Shown piece after piece: positions 1 through 8,119 of a stretch of DNA of 20,000 nucleotides (positions within the stretch are counted from its first letter, which is position 1; each line of letters begins with the position of its first letter). The position numbers were made by a program, and so were the translations under genes. The notes under the pieces were generated by a model, which was given only the letters and a program-made list of their open reading frames with translations, did not search any database and was not told where the DNA came from. Location of the stretch: contig AP039709.1 in the NCBI GenBank assembly GCA_051599415.1, forward strand, positions 236,206 to 256,205. Reading direction: 5' to 3'. Source of the stretch: Savitreella phatthalungensis (lineage: Eukaryota).

Positions 1-952
1 TGTCCTGAACGCGTGGAAAAACGAACAGCTGTAGGATAATGCCGATCCCACCAGCAACTGAGATGACCATACCAACTTGAGACGCGGTGAAGCCGAGACC
101 GCCAGTGAACGAGAGCAGTCCAGATGACTGACCGACAGGGAGCGAGAGGAATATCGGCAGGAGCTGCATATGAGATGACACATGTAGCGGCAGCAGTGCA
201 AATGCGAATAAAGTCCATCGGACAAGCGGCGTCAATAGACGAGTTCTCGAACGATGTGACTCTCCCTCTGCCACGAGCTCATACCCACCAGCCGGGTGAG
301 TCAGTGTCTCACGCAGCAAGGCCCATGCCAGTAGCCACGAGTTCAGCAGAATCGCAGCACTAGCCAAATTTGGCAGAGCAAATGGATAACGCTCGAAAAA
401 GTTCGTGAGGCCCAATGTCGAGACCAGCCACCTGAGAGACGAGTTCGGTGAGTTCGGCTCAGACAAAAATCCCCCAAGTATCGGACCAACAATACTTCCG
501 ATATTGAAGCACATGGGAAGGATGAGGAAAGCCCTGCCGCGATTCGGTCCTTTTGGTACGATCTCACTGACCATCGTGCGCATGACGCCGACATTTCCGT
601 TCAAAAGGCCCGCAATGAAGCGGGCGAGCACGACGTGGACCAGCTTAGAGCTCAAAGCGAGAGCCACGGATGCGACGACCGTGCCCGCTGTTCCGATCAT
701 GATCACTGGTTTTCTGCCAATTCGATCGCTCGTCTTTCCCCAGAATGCGCCCGAACAGAACTGACCGAGGGCGAAAGAGACTGCAACATAGCCTGCTCTT
801 GCAGAGAGTACGCTCGGTGATGCATCTGGGTCGAATGATCGCAAGAGATAGTATAGATATGAGAGGATTGATGTATTGGCCAGTGGCTCGGCAAATCTGC
901 ACAATGCCAATACCACGAGCTGATCTTTATTCTGCAGCCCTCTCCAGGACAT
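1..952 (-). CDS. MFS transporter (DHA1/ZIFL/YCR023C-like), 3' end runs off the window
   Basis: Read manually; absent from the ORF track because the stop lies outside the window. ATG at 952 gives MSWRGLQNKDQLVVLALCRFAEPLANTSILSY..., motif A WGKTSDRIGRKPV, ARFIAGLLNGNVGVMRTMVSEI, IGSIVGPILGG and ERYPFALPNL. Open to base 1. Confidence 0.9.
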   Translation of the reverse strand, partial: MSWRGLQNKDQLVVLALCRFAEPLANTSILSYLYYLLRSFDPDASPSVLSARAGYVAVSFALGQFCSGAFWGKTSDRIGRKPVIMIGTAGTVVASVALALSSKLVHVVLARFIAGLLNGNVGVMRTMVSEIVPKGPNRGRAFLILPMCFNIGSIVGPILGGFLSEPNSPNSSLRWLVSTLGLTNFFERYPFALPNLASAAILLNSWLLAWALLRETLTHPAGGYELVAEGESHRSRTRLLTPLVRWTLFAFALLPLHVSSHMQLLPIFLSLPVGQSSGLLSFTGGLGFTASQVGMVISVAGGIGIILQLFVFPRVQD

Positions 953-1346
953 CTTTTCCCTATACCCCACGCGAGGTCTTCAAGACGATACCATCCGACA
1001 CTGATGATCTGCGCAGGATCCAAACTGTGCCTATCCACAATCTCTTCTACACATGAACATCATCATCCTGGGTCATTAAGCGAGGGTCGACTCTGATTGG
1101 CGGGCATCAAACTATTCTATAATATCAAATCCACACGGCTGTGCATCCATTACTACCATACGCGTGCTGGTCAGATTCAACTCGTTTTCAATTCAAGCAT
1201 TTGATAGCCAAGCGATTCCACATGGTAGCAATTCCAGGTGGGTGAATGGACTCGATCTTCAATCATGCTACACTAAACCTAATCTACGACTAGAAACGAC
1301 AACAGTCTTCAATCGGTCGATCCTTTGAGCTTCTTTCAAGCTGACC

Positions 1347-2285
1347 ATGGGAGAGGTTCCAGGCCTGAAGATGGCGGTGAGGAAGCGCTCGCGAACTCCT
1401 TGTGAGGAATGCAGACAAGCGCACAGATACTGCAAACACAGAGACATTATATCGAAGCCAGTCAATAAAACAGCCTTGCTTGCGCCCAAGATCTCAACAA
1501 CGCTCTCGAACAAGTCGCTCATGGTATCGCTGCTCGCTCCCACGAAAGCATTCAACTGGTTACAGCTACACGTTAACGATCGCGCATGGGCAGATGTGCT
1601 CGGTGATGCCGTCCTCGACAATGATTCCGTCTTTCACGCCTTCATGAGTTTCAGACTCGCGCTGATCCAAGGGAAAAGCGCAGCTCAAGACGTTGAGTTT
1701 CTCAGTCATCAGCAATTGGCAATCGCCGGCCTAGCACAAAAGGTGACATGTCTGGATGGTTCAGAACTTCTGCGACAGTACTGCTTCATGACATGTGCCT
1801 TGCTGGCCATCTCCTCTGTCTGCTCGGGTGAGAAGTATGACACTTTCAAGCAGCATGCTCACGGCATTCGAGCTATCCTTGAAGGACCTGAGAAGCGAAC
1901 AGACATGGGGCTGCGCGTTCGCGGATCTTCGCATGAGGCCTCCCTGCCAATCACGGTTGATGTCGGTGTCTCGAAACGCAACCAGCTTCTGCTTGACACC
2001 TTCCGAGAAGCGTATCCGGGAGTTGACGAGGTCAGGGTCCTCTCATGGAAAGAAGATGCCGGCACACCTGTCCATCTTTGTCGAGTGGCCATGTATGCCT
2101 TTGACCTCGCCAAGCGGCCGGGGAAGCTCGATCGTCAGCAGGAGGCAATCAATCTACTACACGGTCTTGGCGCCTATCGGACGTGTGCTTCTTTCAAGCG
2201 CATTGATACGGACGAGCCATTCCTCATTGCCGTGCAAGAGGCTGTCTACGACATTTTGGTCTCCCTCGCTAGTGCGCGGGATTGA
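1347..2285 (+). CDS. Putative fungal transcription factor: truncated Zn-cluster-like N-terminus plus Fungal_trans_2-like region
   Basis: 312-aa ORF with basic RKRSRTP followed by CEECRQAHRYCKH. The middle region (SVFHAFMSF...HQQLAIAGL...CALLAISS...FKQHAHGIRAIL) resembles the effector domain of UPC2-type Zn2Cys6 factors. Confidence 0.55.
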   Translation: MGEVPGLKMAVRKRSRTPCEECRQAHRYCKHRDIISKPVNKTALLAPKISTTLSNKSLMVSLLAPTKAFNWLQLHVNDRAWADVLGDAVLDNDSVFHAFMSFRLALIQGKSAAQDVEFLSHQQLAIAGLAQKVTCLDGSELLRQYCFMTCALLAISSVCSGEKYDTFKQHAHGIRAILEGPEKRTDMGLRVRGSSHEASLPITVDVGVSKRNQLLLDTFREAYPGVDEVRVLSWKEDAGTPVHLCRVAMYAFDLAKRPGKLDRQQEAINLLHGLGAYRTCASFKRIDTDEPFLIAVQEAVYDILVSLASARD

Positions 2286-2372
2286 ACACACAACCAGCAG
2301 ATGAATTATTAGAGAAACGCACGTATACGTAGATTTGACGAACTTGACGACCTTAACGAGCGTGAAGTGAAG

Positions 2373-2999
2373 ATGGATGCCGCAGAGAAGGCCCGTTTGC
2401 GTCGAGAGAAGATGCAAAAGTCGTCTGAAGCCCGGATGGCCAAGATCCTGGGAGTCGAACAGAATCGCGTCGCGCCAGCACTGGAGTCTCCAGTCACTTC
2501 TCCCACGCCAAAAGTCCAGCAGCAGGTCACTCGCACGGATGATGATCCACCTGAGGTAGACATATCGGGCAGCTCCCATGCAGGACAAACTTTCGAGCTG
2601 CCCCCCGGCTTCAACTTTGCACAGCAAACGCAGCAAAGAACTCATGTGTCGATGGCGAAACGTACGCTCCCATGGACGGCAATCCATCTGACGATCATCA
2701 TCACACTGGCAATGCTCAATCCAAAGAGTCTCTTCACCTATTGGCTACAGATTGAAGCCATTCTTCAAGTCTCACGATACTTCATCGACGGTCCGGTGGT
2801 CGGTGGCACGCTGAGCAGTCTCGCGTCTATGCTTCCTCCGCCTTGGTCTACCTATCTGGGCGCACTTGCCCGCTACAGTCTCATTTACACCACTCTTCGC
2901 GACGATCTTTGCGTGCTCGTGGTAGCCATGTACGTCCGTCATCTGATCAATCGCGTCGGAGGTATCGGTACGCCTTCTTCTGTTGTTCGAGCACCATGA
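2373..2999 (+). CDS. GET2: GET complex subunit Get2/CAML-like tail-anchored protein insertase
   Basis: First ATG at 2373. N-terminal basic helix MDAAEKARLRREKMQKSSEARMAKILG, a low-complexity linker, then hydrophobic segments ending in LRDDLCVLVVAMY. Confidence 0.75.
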   Translation: MDAAEKARLRREKMQKSSEARMAKILGVEQNRVAPALESPVTSPTPKVQQQVTRTDDDPPEVDISGSSHAGQTFELPPGFNFAQQTQQRTHVSMAKRTLPWTAIHLTIIITLAMLNPKSLFTYWLQIEAILQVSRYFIDGPVVGGTLSSLASMLPPPWSTYLGALARYSLIYTTLRDDLCVLVVAMYVRHLINRVGGIGTPSSVVRAP

Positions 3000-3792
3000 A
3001 TGTGACGATGGTATGGGGTCCAAGTCTGATGAACGATGGTGCAAACCCGCGGAAGGCAAACGCCCACCCGTCGTTAGCTACGGACCACCGCACGACTTCC
3101 GAGATGGAACGTCGTGTTTTGCCGGACATGATTCGCGTCTTGATGACGTCGAAGGGCGAGCACACCGTTGTCGCGACAAAGCCTGCCATCAAGGATGCCG
3201 AAAAGTGGCATACGAGGCCTTCTTCCATGAGCTTGGAATTGAGGAGCATTCCCTTGAAAGCATCATAGCTCGCGAGCTGCGAAGCTGTCATGAGCACACC
3301 GCGCATGCAATTCGGCCCGGCGCCCCGAAACCACGATCCGATCCCTTCCTCCCTTGCCATCCGTATCAATCCGTCGATAGCATGTTTGTAGTTCCTCCGC
3401 TTCTCGAGCGGCAATGTCTGGTCGTTCTGCATGCGCACATTGAGGATGTCTGCCGGATTACCGACCAACGCACCGGCGAGGCCACTCACACAGGCGAGCA
3501 CGACGAGCACCGGTGCGGAAGGTGTTGTGCCATCGCCCTGCACCCTGCCTTTGAGTTCCTCATACACGCCAAAGCGTGTGGTCGAATATGTCGCCTGACG
3601 CAGCAGGCTTGCCGACAAGCCTGCGTAAAGCTTGCGAAACCCCTCGTTCCGCAAAACGTCGACGATTGTGCCCAAGAAGCCCCGACTGCTGCCCATCTGC
3701 ATCCTCACCTTGGCCAGATCAAGTGGGTGCGTGACGGCCGCAGCAGCCATCGACGACGACCCGCCCAGCCAGAAGGGATACTTCTCGGGCAT
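2947..3792 (-). CDS. DIC1: Mitochondrial dicarboxylate carrier (SLC25A10-like)
   Basis: Three carrier signatures (HPLDLAKVRMQ, NPADILNVRMQ, SPFDVIKTRIM), plus LLRQATYSTTRFGVYE and RLGPHTIVTF typical of Dic1. Confidence 0.95.
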   Translation of the reverse strand: MPEKYPFWLGGSSSMAAAAVTHPLDLAKVRMQMGSSRGFLGTIVDVLRNEGFRKLYAGLSASLLRQATYSTTRFGVYEELKGRVQGDGTTPSAPVLVVLACVSGLAGALVGNPADILNVRMQNDQTLPLEKRRNYKHAIDGLIRMAREEGIGSWFRGAGPNCMRGVLMTASQLASYDAFKGMLLNSKLMEEGLVCHFSASLMAGFVATTVCSPFDVIKTRIMSGKTRRSISEVVRWSVANDGWAFAFRGFAPSFIRLGPHTIVTFMVLEQQKKAYRYLRRD

Positions 3793-3846
3793 CCCGACCG
3801 GACCTTAAGGCATTTACGAAAACACGCCTTTTACGATTAAAATCAG

Positions 3847-4473
3847 ATGACGAAACCTCTCAGGCTGTGACCTATCGACCTAGAACTGATGCTCAGGAAC
3901 GCGCGCTCCTCAAGAACAGGTTTGTTCTACGGCTTGGCAACGCTCAGTGGTGTTCTAGGTTTGTCGTATGCCGCAGTGCCTATGTACAAGGCGTACTGCC
4001 AGAAGACAGGCTTTGGAGGTACACCGAACACGGACGAAGGCAAGTTGACAAGTGATAGGATGGTGCCGCAGGGCGACAAGCGCATTCGTGTCACCTTCAA
4101 CTCACAGGTATCTGATGCACTGCAGTGGAAGTTCACCCCGCAACAGCGTAGCATCTCCGTGCTGCCTGGCGAAACCGCACTCGCATTCTACACAGCCACC
4201 AACTTCTCAAAGGAGGACATCATCGGCATCGCTACCTATAACGTCACTCCGGACTTTGCAGCACCTTACTTCTCAAAAGTGCAGTGCTTCTGCTTCGATG
4301 AGCAAAAGCTGAACGCAGGGGAGTCTGTCGATATGCCGGTGTTCTTCTTCTTAGATCCAGATCTGCTCGATAACCCTCGGATGCGGGATGTCGACCTGAT
4401 CACTCTCAGCTATACCTTCTTCAAGGCGAGATACGACAACAATGGCAGAGTTTTGATGCCTGCGACTGCTTGA
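3847..4473 (+). CDS. COX11: Cytochrome c oxidase copper chaperone Cox11; start at 3889, or at 3847 with a 30-nt intron (3867-3896)
   Basis: TM segment LSYAAVPMYKAYCQKTGFGG, copper-binding KVQCFCF, and DMPVFFFLDP...ITLSYTFF. The exact start is uncertain. Confidence 0.95.
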
Positions 4474-4536
4474 GGTCGTGAAATGACGTCGCTCGCAACT
4501 CGTCGATTTTTTTTTGCAAAGGCCTGAGCACAAGCC

Positions 4537-4925
4537 CGCCCATGCTTCAGGCGAGGAGAGTGTAGGCCGCGTCAATGTCGGCAGCCTCGAAGTTCAACGG
4601 GCGAAAGTCTCGCTCGGTTGACGCAGTGAGGAGCTTGCAAATGTTCTTGGCTTGAGGCTCTCCGATGGCCTCAGTTAGCCTCGTATAGAGATGCCGACGA
4701 GATGGAGCCTCGTTGCCGACTTTTGCTACTGCGACCTCATACTCCAGCTTTTGCAGAAGTCCACTAAGGGTATAAGATAGGTCGACCGGTCGACTTACCC
4801 AAAGCATCAAGCCATGAACATTTCGAAGCTCCTCACTGCGCCAACCAAGCGATACTTTCGCTCAATGAATTTCGACGCCGCTGACATTAACGCGGCTTAC
4901 ACTCTGCTCACCTTCAGCAAGGGCG
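4537..4925. repeat. Inverted duplication: 122-bp arms at 4537-4658 and 4804-4925 with a 145-bp spacer
   Basis: The reverse complement of the left arm aligns without gaps to the right arm, with 21 mismatches by hand count (~83% identity). Confidence 0.95.
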
Positions 4926-5899
4926 ATACTCCGAGGCAAATCAACGAGACCGAGCTCGTGATCCCTATCCCTACTGACGACCTCGACGTCGAGATTCCGG
5001 TGCCGAGTCCCATTGTCGACGATCGAGAGGTCTCTCCCTGCACGCCTAATTCAAGCCGTGCCACCAAGAAGCGTCCCGCTCCAAACTCTGCGGACGATGC
5101 ACATGAGATTCAAGTCCCAGGTCAAGTGCCTGCTCGCAAGCGCCGTCGTCCTGCTGGCCGACGCAATGGTTCAAACTCATCAGCAGAATCCGTGGCTGGT
5201 CCAAGGCCGACCCGCAATTCCAATCCTCCTCTGCCAGTAATCAACAAGAACGCGAAGAGCTCGCAGACCGCCGCTCAAGCCAGCAAGACGCTCTGCGCGT
5301 ACATCAAGCACCTTCGCGACGGCTGCGTGCCCGACATGGCCCCTCCTCGTGACGCTATCAATGGGTCGATCTTTTTCACGGCCTCTGACGACCCGTCGAT
5401 GCCGAAGAACTTCAAGCCTGAGCTGTCCGAAGGTATCGAGATCGACCCCATCTCGCCGCTTAGCGCCCAAGAGCAGCGCTTCTGCGCAGCATGGACTGGC
5501 GGCATGTCTCACGAGCGCTACACGCTTGGAAAATTGCGCATCTTCACAGCTCACAGGTGGCGCACGGAGGAGGACGGGCTCTTCCACAACATCGAGTCTT
5601 CCCAGCGCGTCTGCCCCTTCGATGTCAAGGTAGCCTCCGTCCTGCACAAGTGGTACGACTCGATGAAGCTCTTCGACCAGCCGTGGAAGTTGGAGAACAC
5701 GCCGGTTCGTCCGATAGGCGCCGTCCGTGTCCCTTCAGACACATGCCCTCAAGGACGTAACGGACGCAACTCCCGCAACCCTATCGAGTTCACGCCGACG
5801 ACCACTTCTCTCTCAGTCCTTTCAAAATTTGACCCATGGGGATCGCCTTCGCAAGACCTTCGTGGTCGCGCGTCTCCTGAGCCTTCTGAGGAGAGCTAG
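4814..5899 (+). CDS. Divergent SWIRM-domain protein (Fun19/Laf1/Ada2-C type)
   Basis: C-terminal PLSAQEQRFC...MSHERYTLGKLRIF...NIESSQRVCPFDVKVASVLHKWYDSMKLF follows the L-x-x-x-E...Y-x-x-x-K-x-R-I-F...Q-x-x-C-x-x-D-V-x-x-A-S-x-L pattern of Fun19/Laf1-type SWIRM domains. NLS-like RKRRR in a disordered N-terminal half. Confidence 0.6.
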   Translation: MNISKLLTAPTKRYFRSMNFDAADINAAYTLLTFSKGDTPRQINETELVIPIPTDDLDVEIPVPSPIVDDREVSPCTPNSSRATKKRPAPNSADDAHEIQVPGQVPARKRRRPAGRRNGSNSSAESVAGPRPTRNSNPPLPVINKNAKSSQTAAQASKTLCAYIKHLRDGCVPDMAPPRDAINGSIFFTASDDPSMPKNFKPELSEGIEIDPISPLSAQEQRFCAAWTGGMSHERYTLGKLRIFTAHRWRTEEDGLFHNIESSQRVCPFDVKVASVLHKWYDSMKLFDQPWKLENTPVRPIGAVRVPSDTCPQGRNGRNSRNPIEFTPTTTSLSVLSKFDPWGSPSQDLRGRASPEPSEES

Positions 5900-6025
5900 A
5901 ACGGTCAAAGCAATGGACCTGCTCGCCAGTATTCGTTACGCCTGGGGACATCCTCACGTACGCAAAGTTTAATTTTCATATGCACCTAAATTGACAATAG
6001 TAATCCTCGTCACAGACCTCCTCGT

Positions 6026-8119
6026 ATGCTCGATAAATCTCCTGGTGACCGTGGTGAAGCGCTGATATCCACTCTAGAACATCTCTTCCTCACAGGAGCT
6101 CGCTTGAACGGCGATAAGAAACCAACTGTGCGGTGTACTCGCTTGCCCGTGCCAGGCACAACACGGCTCCTCTCGTCATGGCGCTTTATGGAGTTCTCCT
6201 ACGGGAAGAAGCCACTGCCCACAGAGGCCCGAGGTCTATTCTCCTTGGACGGCAAGATTGTCGTCCGCGGCTATGACAAGTTCTTCAGCGTTGATGAGAT
6301 CCCTCGGACAAAATGGACGGCGATTGCACAGGACACCGAAGCACCCTATGTCGTCACACTGAAGCAGAACGGCTGTATTATTTTCATCGGTGGTCTAGAA
6401 GACGGGACGCTTCTCGTCACCTCGAAACACAGCATCGGCTCGCGCGAGAATGACACGACGCAATCGCATTCTGACAGAGGCCACTACTGGTTGAAGAAGC
6501 ATCTTGCGTCTGTCGGAAAAACCGAGTTCGAACTCGCACAACTCCTGAGCAAGTCCGCCGCCACGGTGGTGTGCGAATTATGCGACGATGAGTTTGAGGA
6601 GCACATTCTGCCGTACTCTAGCGACAAATCCGGTCTCTACCTTCACGGGATCAACGTCAATTCGGAAGTCTTCACCACCTACCCGGCGGAGACGCTACGG
6701 GAATTCGGCAAGATCTGGGGCCTGCGCGTGAATGAGGCAATCGTTAAGAATGATCTGCCCTCTCTGAAGCGCTTCCTCGATGAATGTGCATCAACAGGCA
6801 CCTATGGTGGCAGCGAGCTCGAAGGATTCGTTATTCGTTGCAAGCGTGGAGGCCAAGACTTCTTCTTCAAGTACAAGTTTGAGGAACCATACCTGCTGTA
6901 CCGGCAGTGGCGAGAGGCTACGAAGGCCCTGATCGCCGGCAAACGTACGTCGTTCAAGAAGCATGCCGCCATCACGGACAAGTATCTGGATTTCGTCGAG
7001 CCGCTGCTGCATGGGGAGCGCGCCGAGGAGTACCAGCGCAACCACGGGATCATATCATTGAGGGAGGCCTTCCTCGCAGCCCATGGACCAGTCGATCTCG
7101 CCGCGAAGGATGAGCCACCGCCGAAGACAGTGATTGTGCCTGTCGCGACGATCGGTTGCGGCAAGACCACCGTCGCCCTCGCCCTCCAGCATCTCTTTGG
7201 CTTCGGCCACGTACAGAACGACAACATGAAGGGAGGATTTATTAGGGCTGTGGCGAAGGACCCTGCGAAGGTCGTCATTGCTGACCGCAATAACCACATG
7301 CGGCACGAACGCGATGCCGTCCTGAAGGGAATGCGTGCCAGATTCATCGCTATGTACTTCGATCAGAACGATGCGGTTCGAAAGGTCGCAGAAGAGCGCG
7401 TGCTCAAGCGCGGCGACAACCATCAAAGTATCCAGCTCACGGATGGCGTTGACCACGTCAAGATGGTGATGAGAGGATTTCACGAGCGTTTCCAGCCGTT
7501 AGACCTGTCGTCGGAGCCGGACTCGCTCTTCGACGGGATCGTGCATTTGGATGCTGCAGCGGGAAGCAGGGTGAATCTCGAAGGTATGTGCGCATATCTG
7601 GCAAACGAGGGCTTGGTCCAGATGCCGTCACCGTCAGATATGGACGCCGCAATTCAGGTCGCCCTTGCCTACACACCGACCACGCGCAAGGTCGTCAAGT
7701 CCAAGGTCAACTTCTATGCTCTTGCTCTGGATGACGCCTCATATGCGGCGCTGGTCAGTGCCCTCGATGAACTTGCGTGCCCCATGTGGGCAAAACTCCG
7801 CGAGGCAAATCGCGTTCAGCCAGAATTTCACGTCACTCTCGTTCACAGTGCCAGCAAGAATAAAGAGCTGTGGAAGAAGGTTGAGACGATCAAGGGTCAA
7901 TTCGAGATTGACTGCATCGAAGCTGTGTGGACGGAGGATGTGCTGTGCGTACCTGTGAGAATCACGCTACCGACGACAAATCGGATTGCTCACATCACGA
8001 TAGGCACACGGGAGACTGTCAAAGCCGTCGAGAGTAACAGCGTGCTCGAGCGCGGAGATGGCATCCGTCTACCAATATCTATCAAGCTATCAGGTACGGT
8101 CAAGCCGTTCTACAGGTAA
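6026..8119 (+). CDS. TRL1: Fungal trifunctional tRNA ligase (ligase-kinase-cyclic phosphodiesterase)
   Basis: ARGLF, RGYDKFF, motif I LKQNGCIIFI, SKHS, EGFVIR and FFFKYKFEEPYLLYRQWRE; kinase P-loop ATIGCGKTT with ADRNNH; 2H motifs FHVTL and AHITIGT. Confidence 0.97.
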   Translation: MLDKSPGDRGEALISTLEHLFLTGARLNGDKKPTVRCTRLPVPGTTRLLSSWRFMEFSYGKKPLPTEARGLFSLDGKIVVRGYDKFFSVDEIPRTKWTAIAQDTEAPYVVTLKQNGCIIFIGGLEDGTLLVTSKHSIGSRENDTTQSHSDRGHYWLKKHLASVGKTEFELAQLLSKSAATVVCELCDDEFEEHILPYSSDKSGLYLHGINVNSEVFTTYPAETLREFGKIWGLRVNEAIVKNDLPSLKRFLDECASTGTYGGSELEGFVIRCKRGGQDFFFKYKFEEPYLLYRQWREATKALIAGKRTSFKKHAAITDKYLDFVEPLLHGERAEEYQRNHGIISLREAFLAAHGPVDLAAKDEPPPKTVIVPVATIGCGKTTVALALQHLFGFGHVQNDNMKGGFIRAVAKDPAKVVIADRNNHMRHERDAVLKGMRARFIAMYFDQNDAVRKVAEERVLKRGDNHQSIQLTDGVDHVKMVMRGFHERFQPLDLSSEPDSLFDGIVHLDAAAGSRVNLEGMCAYLANEGLVQMPSPSDMDAAIQVALAYTPTTRKVVKSKVNFYALALDDASYAALVSALDELACPMWAKLREANRVQPEFHVTLVHSASKNKELWKKVETIKGQFEIDCIEAVWTEDVLCVPVRITLPTTNRIAHITIGTRETVKAVESNSVLERGDGIRLPISIKLSGTVKPFYR

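Noticed and set aside
2983..3840. 285-aa ORF antisense to DIC1
   Set aside because: Shadow frame of a conserved gene, no ATG at the called start and no recognisable motifs.
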